A stretch of DNA of 64,000 nucleotides from Rickettsiales bacterium. GTDB taxonomy: Bacteria > Pseudomonadota > Alphaproteobacteria > Rickettsiales > SXRF01. Both the position numbers and the translations under genes were made by a program. The stretch lies in the NCBI GenBank assembly GCA_964231325.1, contig CAXRIF010000003.1:1234325-1298324 (forward strand), written 5' to 3'. Below the pieces are notes generated by a model. That model was not told where the DNA came from, searched no databases, and was given only the letters and a program-made list of their open reading frames with translations. Positions 28,620 through 39,338 of this stretch are shown one piece after another. Within the stretch, counting starts at the first letter, position 1. Each line of letters starts with the position of its first letter.

Positions 28620-30719
28620 TTATAACGGTTTTGCGCGTTTGGTAAAGCGCGAATCGCGCCGCGATACCCATGGACGATTACCACGGTATGAGTCAGCTGT
28701 ATCCATGACCACTTCGCCGCCCATAAAACGTATTCCTATCGCGCCATTAGTCGATAGGAAGCGCTTATCCATCACTAGTGGAATATGGCTGCAATCCTGC
28801 TTATAGAGATAGGCATCGGAAATAAGAATATCCGCTTTTTCTTCGCAGATACCTTCCGCGCGTTTCCATGCCAACCCCACAATGATACGTTTACCGCGTG
28901 ACTCTATAATACATCTTTGCCGGTCGCACTCTGGGCCAATGCCGAGTTTGACTGCCTGCCTGCGCGTCATCCCCTCTTTTTTTCCGTGAGCGCGCATCCA
29001 CACACTGCCGTCAAAACTCGTGTCTTTTCCACGGATAAACATCCAACGATCATCCGGTAAGCGCAGCGCTATTTTTGTGCCATCGTCATTGATCAGCATG
29101 TCGTAGGGCTGGTGCAGCATGATGGTGCTCATACCAATAAGCACCGGAATACCCCCCAGCCAACGCCAGCGCTTCTGCCATATACACAGCCACAACACGC
29201 CGTAGGAAGCGATGACTATACCGCCGAAGGTAAGCGATGGGATGAAGGTGGCAGAAAGTGGAAGCGAGGCAAATAACTTCGCACCGGCAATCATAAAGCC
29301 AATGCCGTAATCCAGCCAGACCAGTGGCCAGTGCTCTAATCCAAACGGCATGGCAAGAAAAGAGGCAACTGCCGCCGGCATGATCCAGAAAGAGGCGAGC
29401 GGCATCATCAGCATATTGGCTGCCACACCCCAGATGGTGAAACGGTTGAAATGGGTGATGACCAGTGGTGTGGTGACTAAGGTGGCCACCAGCGACGTTG
29501 CCATCAGCCCAAAGAAATAGATGAATATCTTTTTGGTAATGCCCGCATTCATGGTGAACATGGTAGGGCTGTAGCGCTCATACAAAGTGAGGATGGCGAG
29601 GGTTGCTGCGAAAGACAGATGAAAGCTGGCGCTGAAAATGGATTCCGGTTGCCAGAGCAGCACGATCACCGCCGCCCATGCCAGCGAGTAAAGGCTGATA
29701 CCGCGCCGATCGAACATCACGGCGATCATCACACAGGCGACCATAACAAAAGAACGAACCGCTGGCACGGGATAGCCCGCGAGTAATAAATACGCAAATG
29801 CCCCCAGCAACCCAATCATGGCAGAGAGTTTTTTGACCGGAAGCCGAAGCGCCAAAGGCGGCCAGAGCGCGAACAAAAACCGCACCATAAAAAAGAGCAA
29901 GCCAGCAGCCAGTGTCATATGCAGGCCGGAGATAGAAAGCACGTGGTAAATGCCGGAATCGCGCATAGCTTCTGACACTTCCTCGGAAACTGCCGCCTGC
30001 TCACCCACCATGATGGCTGCTGCTACGGGTGCATTCTCCGGCGACATATGATGCGTCATGCGCTCAGCAAGTGAGAGGCGCAATGTGTTGAGCGCTTCTT
30101 CAAAATGGCGCGGGGCTCCTTTTTCGATAAGCTCCGGCTCCGATGGCGAAAAACCTACCGCACCCAGCCCTTTGAAAAACAGCACACGCGTAAAATCGAA
30201 CCCACCGGGCATGGCCGCCGTAGGCGGGGCAAAGAGCATGGCCTTGAGCCGTACCTTGTCGCCTATGCGCAAACTCGGATCATCTTTTTTCAAGGTCACA
30301 CTAAGGCGCTTGGGATTACGCGAAGCAGGGAAATCGGCAATCACCGGATCGGCGAGAATGAGCTTACGCCCCTTTTCTTTAACCTCCATATCGTCAATGC
30401 GCCCCTCCACATTGCGGAAGAACAATTCGCCATAAATAATAGGGGTCGAAACCATTTGAGTGCGAATACCTGCGATCAATGCCCCAGCAAAAATCAACAG
30501 CAGCACCATGGCAAAACTGCGCAGCAGGAAATGATGACGCAGGGCGATCACTGCCGCTATAGCAATGATGCATGGCGCAAATAATGCAACCAATGGTGGT
30601 TCCTCGAATAAGGCAAAATAGATACCCATGCCCGTGCCCAACCACACCGGAATCCAGAGCGGAAAACGAGCCCGCTCGGCAGAAAGCTGTTTTATAATGG
30701 GAGCGAGTATTTTTTCCAT
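28620..30719 (-). CDS. comEC: ComEC/Rec2 DNA internalisation channel protein
   Basis: 699 aa polytopic protein with an N-terminal DUF4131-like OB region and a competence domain (YHVLSISGLHMTLAAGL). The C-terminal domain of about 180 aa has no visible HxHxDH motif. Confidence 0.85.
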   Translation of the reverse strand: MEKILAPIIKQLSAERARFPLWIPVWLGTGMGIYFALFEEPPLVALFAPCIIAIAAVIALRHHFLLRSFAMVLLLIFAGALIAGIRTQMVSTPIIYGELFFRNVEGRIDDMEVKEKGRKLILADPVIADFPASRNPKRLSVTLKKDDPSLRIGDKVRLKAMLFAPPTAAMPGGFDFTRVLFFKGLGAVGFSPSEPELIEKGAPRHFEEALNTLRLSLAERMTHHMSPENAPVAAAIMVGEQAAVSEEVSEAMRDSGIYHVLSISGLHMTLAAGLLFFMVRFLFALWPPLALRLPVKKLSAMIGLLGAFAYLLLAGYPVPAVRSFVMVACVMIAVMFDRRGISLYSLAWAAVIVLLWQPESIFSASFHLSFAATLAILTLYERYSPTMFTMNAGITKKIFIYFFGLMATSLVATLVTTPLVITHFNRFTIWGVAANMLMMPLASFWIMPAAVASFLAMPFGLEHWPLVWLDYGIGFMIAGAKLFASLPLSATFIPSLTFGGIVIASYGVLWLCIWQKRWRWLGGIPVLIGMSTIMLHQPYDMLINDDGTKIALRLPDDRWMFIRGKDTSFDGSVWMRAHGKKEGMTRRQAVKLGIGPECDRQRCIIESRGKRIIVGLAWKRAEGICEEKADILISDAYLYKQDCSHIPLVMDKRFLSTNGAIGIRFMGGEVVMDTADSYRGNRPWVSRRDSRFTKRAKPL

Positions 30720-30785
30720 GACTTGAAGTTCTACGCTACTCGCGTTATAGAATCCTCATATTTTTTCACCTTATGATTATTGCTT

Positions 30786-32153
30786 ATGTCTGTTGTTACA
30801 CGTTTTGCACCATCTCCTACCGGCTTTTTGCATATTGGCGGCGCGCGCACGGCGCTGTTTAACTGGCTGTATGCCAAACACCATGACGGCAAGTTTCTGC
30901 TGCGCATCGAAGATACGGATCGCGCACGCTCTACGCCAGAAGCAACAAAGGCCATCCTCGATGGGCTGGAATGGCTGGGACTTAACTGGGATGATGATGC
31001 CGTCTATCAATTCGCACAGGTAGACCGCCACGTGCAGGTAGCGCAAGACCTACTCAAGGCAGGAAAAGCCTATTATTGCTATACCTCACCCGAAGAATTG
31101 GAGCGGTTCCGCGCAGAGCATCCAAATACTAAATTCCGCAGCCCATGGCGCGATAAGCAGCCTGACGCTGCCTTGGAACATAAACCCGTCATTCGTCTGA
31201 AAGCTCCACAAGAAGGCACACTCACCATTGAAGACCGTGTGCAAGGCATCGTAAATCTCGACTGCTCAGAAATTGATGATGCGATTTTGCTTCGCTCTGA
31301 TGGCACGCCTACTTATATGCTGGCTGTGGTAGTAGATGACCATGATATGGGTGTGACACAGATTATCCGCGGAGATGACCACCTGACCAACAGCTTCCGC
31401 CAACTGGTGATTTATGAAGCGCTGGGCTGGAAAGCACCTCACTTTGCACATATTCCACTTATTCATGGACCGGATGGTGCCAAGCTCTCTAAGCGTCATG
31501 GTGCGCTGGGTGTGGAAGCGTATCGTGAGATGGGCTACCTACCAGAAGCACTGCGTAATTACCTATTGCGCCTTGGGTGGGCACATGGCGATGATGAAAT
31601 TATTTCCACTGAACAGGCCATTAAATGGTTTGGGCTGGATGGCTGCGGCAAATCACCATCACGCTTTGATTTCGCCAAGCTGGAAAACCTCAACGGGCAT
31701 TATATCCGCGAAGCAGAAGATACACGGCTTGCTGAGCTGGTAGTGGAACAGCTGGGCGATATTGACGAACTGGCCAAAGTGCGCATTATCAAAGGCATGG
31801 CCGGCTTAAAGCAACGCGCGAAGACCATTAAAGAACTAGCGGAAAATGCAAAATTTTATGCTAGTCGACGCCCCATAGAAATGGATGAAAAAGCCTTATC
31901 CGTTTTGGATAATGAGGGCAAAAACACCATACAGGCACTCCTGCCACAGCTCAATGCGCAGGAAGATTTCACCCATGAAGCCACCATGGCACTGGTGAAA
32001 GCCTACGCCGAATCAAAGGATACCAAGCTAGGAAAGGTCGCCCAACCGCTCAGAGCCGCCCTTTCCGGAAAAACCACCTCTCCAAGCGTGTTTGAGATTA
32101 TGGAAATTCTTGGTAAAGAAGAAAGCCTTGGCCGCCTGAAGGATGCCTGTTAA
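30786..32153 (+). CDS. gltX: Glutamate--tRNA ligase
   Basis: Class I signatures are present: [17 protein letters not shown] (HIGH) and KLSKRHG (KMSKS). ATG 30786 was chosen over the upstream TTG. Confidence 0.95.
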   Translation: MSVVTRFAPSPTGFLHIGGARTALFNWLYAKHHDGKFLLRIEDTDRARSTPEATKAILDGLEWLGLNWDDDAVYQFAQVDRHVQVAQDLLKAGKAYYCYTSPEELERFRAEHPNTKFRSPWRDKQPDAALEHKPVIRLKAPQEGTLTIEDRVQGIVNLDCSEIDDAILLRSDGTPTYMLAVVVDDHDMGVTQIIRGDDHLTNSFRQLVIYEALGWKAPHFAHIPLIHGPDGAKLSKRHGALGVEAYREMGYLPEALRNYLLRLGWAHGDDEIISTEQAIKWFGLDGCGKSPSRFDFAKLENLNGHYIREAEDTRLAELVVEQLGDIDELAKVRIIKGMAGLKQRAKTIKELAENAKFYASRRPIEMDEKALSVLDNEGKNTIQALLPQLNAQEDFTHEATMALVKAYAESKDTKLGKVAQPLRAALSGKTTSPSVFEIMEILGKEESLGRLKDAC

Positions 32154-32257
32154 CAAGGATTGTTACAGTCTCGTGAAACATGCTGTTTTTACCGGATTTA
32201 GGGTTGGGCTAGCTAATTTGGTATGTTAATTTAACTTAACAAAATAACAAAGAGACA

Positions 32258-32731
32258 ATGATGAGTCGAATTGACACACATACAGACCGAGCTATTAGAA
32301 AGACCATGAAAGAAGCGGCCAACAAAGACAATACACAAAGCACCCCACCTGAGAACGATGTACGGGGAAACCTTGCTGTTTATATTGGTAAGCTTAAAGA
32401 ACAGATGGATGAAAGGCAGGCGATACGATTAGACAAAGCAGTTGATGATCTTGAAAAATCGATAGAAAGCGGCGCAGAGGCAAGGATTACAAAATTCACC
32501 GAAACTATCATAGGCAGCAAACAGAAAAAACTTGAAAGAATCATCAATGATGCCGGGATAGGCAGTGCAGATGAGAAAACCGCCATCATCAGACAATATC
32601 TTGAAACGCTGCATAACTACACCAAACCTAAAGGTACCATTGAAGGCTTTCAGTTCCGTGAAGACATTATCAGGCAGCGTGAGAAAGAAAAGGCTGAGAA
32701 TAAGGGTGACTCTGGAGCCAAGATAGGCTAA
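32258..32731 (+). CDS. Hypothetical helical protein
   Basis: 157 aa ORF between gltX and def. Charged, predicted helical, with no TM helix, signal peptide or recognisable family. Confidence 0.4.
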   Translation: MMSRIDTHTDRAIRKTMKEAANKDNTQSTPPENDVRGNLAVYIGKLKEQMDERQAIRLDKAVDDLEKSIESGAEARITKFTETIIGSKQKKLERIINDAGIGSADEKTAIIRQYLETLHNYTKPKGTIEGFQFREDIIRQREKEKAENKGDSGAKIG

Positions 32732-32743
32732 GTAGATTCCATT

Positions 32744-33304
32744 ATGGCCATATTACCTTTAGTGATCGCGCCGGATGAGCGCCTGAATACCAAATCATCC
32801 CCTGTTGAAAAAGTGGACGACGAAATCAAGAAACTCGCCGCCGATTTGTTCGACACTATGTATCACGAGCAAGGCATCGGGCTTGCCGCTGTGCAGGTCG
32901 GCGTGCTTAAGCGCGTGCTGGTTGCCGATGTGGACTGGCGTCAGGGCGAAGGCCCGGGCGAGCAACATGTGCTCATTAACCCAGAGATCATGGAAGGCTC
33001 AGAAGATGAGCGCGTCTATAAGGAGGGCTGCCTGTCTTTCCCTGATCAGTTTGCCGAGGTAACACGCCCGGACACGGTGAAAGTGCGCTACCTTGACCTC
33101 GACGGAAACCAGCAAGAAAGAGAGTTTGATGGACTGCTAGGCACGTGCATTCAACATGAGATCGATCATTTGGATGGCATCGTGTTTGTTGATCATGTGT
33201 CTAAACTCAAGCGCGATATGATTTTGCGCAAACTCAAAAAACTGAAAAAGCTTGGCGCTTTTGAGCCAGAACACGTGCATGGCGATCACTGCAATCACGG
33301 CTAG
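32744..33304 (+). CDS. def: Peptide deformylase
   Basis: All three motifs are present: GIGLAAVQVG, EGCLSFP and QHEIDHLDG. Confidence 0.95.
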   Translation: MAILPLVIAPDERLNTKSSPVEKVDDEIKKLAADLFDTMYHEQGIGLAAVQVGVLKRVLVADVDWRQGEGPGEQHVLINPEIMEGSEDERVYKEGCLSFPDQFAEVTRPDTVKVRYLDLDGNQQEREFDGLLGTCIQHEIDHLDGIVFVDHVSKLKRDMILRKLKKLKKLGAFEPEHVHGDHCNHG

Positions 33305-33307
33305 CTA

Positions 33308-34225
33308 ATGCGCATTGTTTTCATGGGAACTCCGGTTTTTGCTGTGCCTACGTTAGCGGCGCTGCATAAGGCTGGCCATGAGGTTGTGGCGGTGTATTCT
33401 CAGCCACCACGCCCTGCTGGTCGCGGACAGAAAGATACCCCCTCCCCGGTACATAAATATGCTACCGAAAATAACATTCCCGTTTTCACTCCGACCTCGT
33501 TGAAGGATGAAAAGGTGCAGGCAGAATTCGCCGCACATAAAGCAGATATTGCTGTGGTGGTGGCATATGGTTTACTGCTACCTAAGCCAATATTGGATGC
33601 ATACCCGATGGGCTGCATTAACGTACACCCCAGCTTGCTACCGCGCTGGCGCGGCGCTGCCCCTATCCAGCGCACCATTATGGCGGGCGATACCATGACC
33701 GGCATTTGTATCATGCAAATGGATGAAGGTATGGACACAGGCGACATCCTGCACTGCGAAGAAGGGTTTTCTACGGAAGGTCTGAATGCTGGCGACTTAC
33801 ATAACCTGCTCTCCGAAGAGGCTGGCCCGCTGGTGCTGCTGACACTGGAAGGCTTGAAAGAAGGCAACATCACACCACGTAAACAATCAGAAGTGGGCGT
33901 GACCTATGCTAAAAAAATCAGCAAAGAAGAAGGGCGCATTGATTGGACGAAATCCGCTACTGATATTGCTAACCAGATTCGTGGGCTTGCCCCCTCGCCT
34001 GGCGCATATTTTTTGTATGGCGATGAAAAAATAAAAATCTTTAACGCAACCGTTAATGAGCAATCAGAGAAAAAAGCAGGCACACTAATAGATGATCAAC
34101 TTACCATCAGCTGTGGAAGCGGCACTATCAAGCCTACCGAATTGCAGCGTCCCGGAAAAAAACGGCTACCACTTAAAACGTTCCTAAGCGGGTTTTCATT
34201 TAACGTTGGCGATATGGTTAGCTAA
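33308..34225 (+). CDS. fmt: Methionyl-tRNA formyltransferase
   Basis: 305 aa with the NVHPSLLPRWRGAAPIQ motif, in def-fmt order. Confidence 0.95.
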   Translation: MRIVFMGTPVFAVPTLAALHKAGHEVVAVYSQPPRPAGRGQKDTPSPVHKYATENNIPVFTPTSLKDEKVQAEFAAHKADIAVVVAYGLLLPKPILDAYPMGCINVHPSLLPRWRGAAPIQRTIMAGDTMTGICIMQMDEGMDTGDILHCEEGFSTEGLNAGDLHNLLSEEAGPLVLLTLEGLKEGNITPRKQSEVGVTYAKKISKEEGRIDWTKSATDIANQIRGLAPSPGAYFLYGDEKIKIFNATVNEQSEKKAGTLIDDQLTISCGSGTIKPTELQRPGKKRLPLKTFLSGFSFNVGDMVS

Positions 34226-34986
34226 TGCCTAAATACAAACTCACCATAGAATATGATGGCACTGGCTTTGCGGGCTGGCAGAGGCAAGTCGAAGATCCGA
34301 GTATTCAGGCCTCACTCATTGCAGCGGTAAAAAAATTTTGTGGCGAGACAGTAGATGTTGTGGGTGCCGGACGCACAGATGCAGGCGTGCACGCTACTGC
34401 GCAAGTGGCACATATTGAACTTTCCAAAGAACATGATCCGTTTCGTATCATGCAGGGGTTGAACTTCCACTTGATGAGTGAAGAGACCGCGCCCCCCACA
34501 ACCAACCAGATTACGGTGGTGAATGCCGAAGCGGTGGAGGATAATTTCCATGCGCGCTTTTCTGCCACGAGCCGCTCTTATGTCTACCGCATCATGAACC
34601 GCCGCGCGCGATTGGGGCTGGATATTGGCCGAGCGTGGCATGTGGCAGAAGTGCTGGATGTGGAGACAATGCAAGAAGCCGCAAACCTGCTTATCGGTGA
34701 TCATGACTTTTCCAGCTTCCGCGACAGCCAGTGCCAGGCCAAATCGCCAGTCAAAACGATGGAAAAGCTGCAGGTGCAGCGCAATGGCAATGAAATCCGC
34801 ATTTATGCGCATGCACGTTCATTCCTACATCATCAGGTGCGCATCATCACCGGTACGTTGGTGTTAGTGGGCAAAGGCAAATGGCAAGTATCCGACGTGC
34901 AAAAAGCACTCGATGCCAAAGAGCGCAAAGCTGCTGGCATCACCGCACCGCCAGAAGGATTATACCTGATAGGTGTCGGGTACTAA
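34225..34986 (+). CDS. truA: tRNA pseudouridine(38-40) synthase
   Basis: 253 aa with the catalytic [11 protein letters not shown] motif. TAATG overlap with fmt. Confidence 0.9.
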   Translation: MPKYKLTIEYDGTGFAGWQRQVEDPSIQASLIAAVKKFCGETVDVVGAGRTDAGVHATAQVAHIELSKEHDPFRIMQGLNFHLMSEETAPPTTNQITVVNAEAVEDNFHARFSATSRSYVYRIMNRRARLGLDIGRAWHVAEVLDVETMQEAANLLIGDHDFSSFRDSQCQAKSPVKTMEKLQVQRNGNEIRIYAHARSFLHHQVRIITGTLVLVGKGKWQVSDVQKALDAKERKAAGITAPPEGLYLIGVGY

Positions 34987-35843
34987 ACGCCGCGAAGCAG
35001 CTCGTTTACACCTGTTTTGCTACGGGTTTTTTCATCCACACGCTTAACAATAACCGCACATGCAAGTGATGGCGCGTCTGGTGTTTTGCCCGGCAATGTA
35101 CCCGGCACAACAACGGAATAAGATGGCACACGGCCATAGAAAATTTCGCCCGTTGCCCGATCAACGATTTTGGTGGAAGCCCCGAGGAATACGCCCATGG
35201 AAATCACCGAACCTTTTTCCACGATCACCCCTTCAGCCACTTCACTGCGTGCACCGATGAAACAATCATCCTCAATGATCACCGGATTGGCCTGCAATGG
35301 CTCGAGCACACCGCCAATGCCTACGCCGCCTGAGATGTGACAGTTCTTGCCAATCTGCGCGCAAGAGCCGATCGTCGCCCATGTGTCCACCATAGTACCT
35401 TCATCGACGTAAGCACCGATGTTGATAAAGCTCGGCATAAGCACCACGTCTTTACCCACGAAAGAGGCGCGACGCACCAGACAGCCCGGCACAGCGCGGA
35501 AACCTGCTTCGCGGAAATGACGCTCATCCCAACCTGCAAACTTTGACGGCACCTTGTCGAACCAGCGCGCTTGGCTGCCGTTAAATACTGCGCCACTATC
35601 GATTACGTGATTGTCGTTCAGACGGAAAGAAAGCAGCACCGCTTTTTTTGCCCATTGGTTTACTATCCAGCCATCCGCTGAAGGCTCAGCCACACGCAGC
35701 TCGCCGCTATCAATCATGTTAAGCGCATAATCCACTGCCTCACGCACTTCGCCTTGAGTGGTGATGCCGAGTGACGCGCGTTCTTCCCACGCATTATCAA
35801 TGATTTGTTGCAATGAGTCTGATTCCATTTTTTTAGCCTGCAT
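34983..35843 (-). CDS. dapD: 2,3,4,5-tetrahydropyridine-2,6-dicarboxylate N-succinyltransferase
   Basis: Hexapeptide-repeat left-handed beta-helix with a typical DapD N-terminus ([13 protein letters not shown]). Start set at ATG 35843, preceded by GGAAGGA. The longer ORF to 36038 would lie inside folC. Confidence 0.9.
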   Translation of the reverse strand: MQAKKMESDSLQQIIDNAWEERASLGITTQGEVREAVDYALNMIDSGELRVAEPSADGWIVNQWAKKAVLLSFRLNDNHVIDSGAVFNGSQARWFDKVPSKFAGWDERHFREAGFRAVPGCLVRRASFVGKDVVLMPSFINIGAYVDEGTMVDTWATIGSCAQIGKNCHISGGVGIGGVLEPLQANPVIIEDDCFIGARSEVAEGVIVEKGSVISMGVFLGASTKIVDRATGEIFYGRVPSYSVVVPGTLPGKTPDAPSLACAVIVKRVDEKTRSKTGVNELLRGV

Positions 35844-37110
35844 GTCGTGTTCCTTCCAATGTTGCGAGTATCTTACCCGCGAGATAGAGCGAGCCGCAGA
35901 TACATATGATGGAGCCTGTTGTGGCATGCTGGGTCGCCGTTTGCAACGCTTTTTGGAAAGATGGCATGGCCTCTGCCGCCATTCCTGCCTCACTCGCCGC
36001 TGTTTTAAGCTGCTCGGCTGTTTTGCTACCCGCCTCACCGTCTATCGCCACCGCATAGAGTTTTTTCACATGCGGCGCCATGGGGGCAAGAAACGCCTTG
36101 CTGTCTTTATCTTTCATCATGGCACAAATGAGGGTGATTTCCTTAGTTTGTGCTGCACACCAATCTGCCAGCACCTGCCCGCCTTGCGGGTTGTGCCCAC
36201 CATCCAGCCACAGCTCAATGCCATTTGGCATACCTGCTTGCGCCGTGATGTTTTGCAGACGCGCTGGCCAGTGTGCCTTGGCGATACCGCTTACGATATG
36301 CTCATCGCTTATAGAAAAATCCACCAGCTGGTCGACACAGGCAATGGCCATCGCCGCATTGTCATATTGATAGGCTCCGGCTAACGATGGTTTGAACGTA
36401 AGGCTGCGTTTTGCTGAGCGATAATTACCTGCGTCATGCGACCAGTCTTTACCTTCACAATATAACGGCGCATCCAATTCGCCTGATGTTTTTTCGATAA
36501 TGGAAAGGACTACTTCTTCCTGCTTTCCCACCACGCACGGTACGTTTTTTTTCAAAATACCTGCTTTTTCCGGCGCAATTTTTTCCAGTGAATCGCCGAG
36601 ATATTCCATGTGATCCATGGCGATCGGTGTGATGGCGGTGAGCAGTGGCTTATCGATCACATTGGTCGCATCCAACCTTCCACCCATGCCGGTTTCCAGC
36701 AATAACACATCCGCCTTGTGTTCAGCGAAGGCGAGATAGGCAAGCGCCGTGGTGGCTTCAAAAAAGGTAGCGGGTTGCTGTTGTAATATCGGCGCTACAT
36801 GGCGCAACAGCTTTTCCAGATAGGCATTATCTATCTCTTTGCCATTTAGCATAATACGCTCGGAAAAGCGCACCAGATGCGGCGATGTGTAGCGGTGCAC
36901 ACTATAACCAGCCCGATCAAAGATGGCGTACAGGTTCGCCATAAGCGAGCCTTTGCCGTTGGTTCCCGCTACGTGAATAACCGGTGGCAAGCGCTTATGC
37001 GGCGAGCCAAGCAGGCCGAGTAAACGATGCATACGATCGAGCGACAGGTCGATGGAGGCAAGTGCGGGGTGGTGCAGCTGATTTAAAAATGCCTCAACAT
37101 TGCTACTCAT
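35833..37110 (-). CDS. folC: Dihydrofolate synthase / folylpolyglutamate synthase
   Basis: 425 aa Mur-ligase fold with the P-loop [10 protein letters not shown]. Confidence 0.9.
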   Translation of the reverse strand: MSSNVEAFLNQLHHPALASIDLSLDRMHRLLGLLGSPHKRLPPVIHVAGTNGKGSLMANLYAIFDRAGYSVHRYTSPHLVRFSERIMLNGKEIDNAYLEKLLRHVAPILQQQPATFFEATTALAYLAFAEHKADVLLLETGMGGRLDATNVIDKPLLTAITPIAMDHMEYLGDSLEKIAPEKAGILKKNVPCVVGKQEEVVLSIIEKTSGELDAPLYCEGKDWSHDAGNYRSAKRSLTFKPSLAGAYQYDNAAMAIACVDQLVDFSISDEHIVSGIAKAHWPARLQNITAQAGMPNGIELWLDGGHNPQGGQVLADWCAAQTKEITLICAMMKDKDSKAFLAPMAPHVKKLYAVAIDGEAGSKTAEQLKTAASEAGMAAEAMPSFQKALQTATQHATTGSIICICGSLYLAGKILATLEGTRHAG

Positions 37111-37874
37111 AACTGTTCCTTGTGCAGTTTCACATTATGCACCCGCAAATATTCCACGCCACTTTTCGCAAGCTGCTTGGAGACTGTGAGTGTTGCCTCA
37201 TCTTTTTCCTGAAGCGTGGCAGATGGCGCAAACTGAAAAAATGATTTACGGGAATGGCCGATATAAAGCGGTACGCCCAATGCGCCAAGATCAGCTATTC
37301 GGTTTACGATCTCTTGCGATTGTGCAGGCGTTTTTCCAAACCCAATACCCGGATCGAAAATAATGCGATCACGTGCGATGCCTTTGGCTTGCAGCTCTTC
37401 GATTTTGTGCTCAGCGAATGTTTTGATGACCTCTATCACATCATCTGACTCGGCTATGGTGACGCTTTTATCGGCAGGAACCGTAAGCGAATGCATTATC
37501 ACTAATTTGCAATGTACATTTTTTACCGCCTCTATCATGGCCGGATTGGTAAAACCCGACACATCGTTGATCCATGCCACACCTAGTTCGAGAGCCTTGC
37601 GCGCGGTTTCGGCGTGGCGCGTGTCTACGCTTACCGGCACCGATAAACTGATAGCTTGTTTTAATACCGGCTCCAGACGCTGCCATTCTTCTTCATGAGA
37701 AAGGGCGGTTGCGCCCGGGCGGGTGGACTCTGCGCCTATATCGATGATATCCGCGCCATCGCTGATGAGTTGGCGGATTGTTTGCAACGCGGCAGCCGCA
37801 TCCATGCACGGGCCGCCATCGGAAAACGAATCCGGTGTGATATTGATAATACCGACCAGCTTAGGCTGATTCAT
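37107..37874 (-). CDS. folP: Dihydropteroate synthase
   Basis: 255 aa with GIINITPDSFSDGG and DIGAESTRPG motifs. Confidence 0.9.
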   Translation of the reverse strand: MNQPKLVGIINITPDSFSDGGPCMDAAAALQTIRQLISDGADIIDIGAESTRPGATALSHEEEWQRLEPVLKQAISLSVPVSVDTRHAETARKALELGVAWINDVSGFTNPAMIEAVKNVHCKLVIMHSLTVPADKSVTIAESDDVIEVIKTFAEHKIEELQAKGIARDRIIFDPGIGFGKTPAQSQEIVNRIADLGALGVPLYIGHSRKSFFQFAPSATLQEKDEATLTVSKQLAKSGVEYLRVHNVKLHKEQL

Positions 37875-38364
37875 GCATCACCTTTAGCGAGTCACCGATT
37901 GTGTAGCCCTTGTCCTTTACCAGTTCGCTGGCTGTTTTCTTGTGTTCCGGATGCACCCAGTTCGGCAGTATCTCCGCCAGAGGCACCATGACAAAATCAC
38001 GCTTTAGCATCTCTGGGTGAGGAATAGCCAACATATCGGTTTTGATCGTTTCGTCATCCATAGCCAGAATATCAATATCAATTTCGCGTGGTGCCCAATG
38101 CCCGCGACGTTTGCGGCCAATCTTATCTTCCAGATCCTTGATAGCTTTAAGCAAGGTGTGTGGCTCCATCGTAGTGCCACCACAAACTACCATATTTAAA
38201 AACGCATTATCCCAATCTGACGGCGAGCCAGCCGGCAGTAATGCCTTTGATTCATAGATACTCGATGACTTTATATTGGTCAGCAGAGGCGTAATGTCTG
38301 CCACTGCTTTACGCAAATTGGCCAGCCGATCCCCTACATTGCTACCTAAACCTAAAATTACCAT
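37861..38364 (-). CDS. folK: 2-amino-4-hydroxy-6-hydroxymethyldihydropteridine diphosphokinase (HPPK)
   Basis: 167 aa with LGLGSNVGDR, WAPREIDIDIL and IPHPEM motifs. 14 nt overlap with folP. Confidence 0.85.
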   Translation of the reverse strand: MVILGLGSNVGDRLANLRKAVADITPLLTNIKSSSIYESKALLPAGSPSDWDNAFLNMVVCGGTTMEPHTLLKAIKDLEDKIGRKRRGHWAPREIDIDILAMDDETIKTDMLAIPHPEMLKRDFVMVPLAEILPNWVHPEHKKTASELVKDKGYTIGDSLKVMHESA

Positions 38365-38402
38365 TGTCTTTTCCCCTAAAGAGCCTGTAATTTACACAGC
38401 TT

Positions 38403-39266
38403 ATGAAGTTTGTCATTATCAATAATCAACTCATCGAGGCAGAAAAAGCGCAGATTTCCATTCAGGATCGTGGTTTTCGCTTTGGCGACGGCGTTTTCGA
38501 GACCATTCCGGTGCTAGCTGGGGTGCCATACCAGTTTGATTGGCATGTGGAGCGCTTACGCAAAGGGCTGCACGCCATCCGCATTAACTGCAACCTGCAC
38601 ACACTAAACGAGCAATGCCGTAAATTGCTTAAGGAAAATGCTGTTGCAGACGGAATTTTGCGTATTCAGGTAACGCGCGGTATTGGCAGCATTGGTTATT
38701 TGCCAGATAGCGATCATCCACAGGCAGGCGCTACGATCGTGATCGAAACACTGCCTATGCCCAAAGTGCCTACGCAGGATATTTCCCTGTGGCTTAGCAG
38801 CTATCGCAAAATCACTCCTTCCTCCCTGCCCGTTCAATATAAGCTGTGCCAGGGACTCAACTCTACCTTAGCTCGCATCGAAGCACAGGAACAACAATGC
38901 TACGAGGCACTGCTTATCAACCACGCAGAAGAGCTATGTGAAACGGCTTCTGGCAATCTGTTTTGGTTTAAAGATGAAACGATCTACACCCCCGCACTGA
39001 GTTGCGGCGCATTGGAAGGTTCTATGCGTGCGAGCGTGATGCGCCTTTCGCCCTACCCTGTACAGGAAGTAAAAGAAAATGCAGAGGCATTAAAAGATGC
39101 GCAAGAAGTGTTTATTACTAATGCGGTGTGGAAGGTATTAAACGTTAAAGAACTGAAACCAGCACAGATGCGCTGGGACACAAGAAAAGTAACGGACAAC
39201 CTGCAAAAACGTATTGCAGATGACATGGCGGATTATAGCAAAAACAACGCCACACGCTGGTCGTAA
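38403..39266 (+). CDS. pabC: Aminodeoxychorismate lyase (class IV aminotransferase fold)
   Basis: 287 aa fold-type IV PLP enzyme (RGFRFGDGVFET..., GILRIQVTRG). The PabC call, rather than IlvE/Dat, rests on folate-cluster context. Confidence 0.6.
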   Translation: MKFVIINNQLIEAEKAQISIQDRGFRFGDGVFETIPVLAGVPYQFDWHVERLRKGLHAIRINCNLHTLNEQCRKLLKENAVADGILRIQVTRGIGSIGYLPDSDHPQAGATIVIETLPMPKVPTQDISLWLSSYRKITPSSLPVQYKLCQGLNSTLARIEAQEQQCYEALLINHAEELCETASGNLFWFKDETIYTPALSCGALEGSMRASVMRLSPYPVQEVKENAEALKDAQEVFITNAVWKVLNVKELKPAQMRWDTRKVTDNLQKRIADDMADYSKNNATRWS

Positions 39267-39338
39267 TTTACCTGCCAAAGAGCTTGAGTATTGCATCCAT
39301 TCCCCTTAAAAAAGAGGGACTGACCACATGGAGGACAT

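Noticed and set aside
35844-36038. 65-codon N-terminal extension of the dapD ORF (the track gives 351 aa).
   Set aside because: The extension lies wholly inside folC and is Arg/Lys/Ser-rich nonsense. A good GGAAGGA Shine-Dalgarno precedes ATG 35843 and gives a normal-length DapD.
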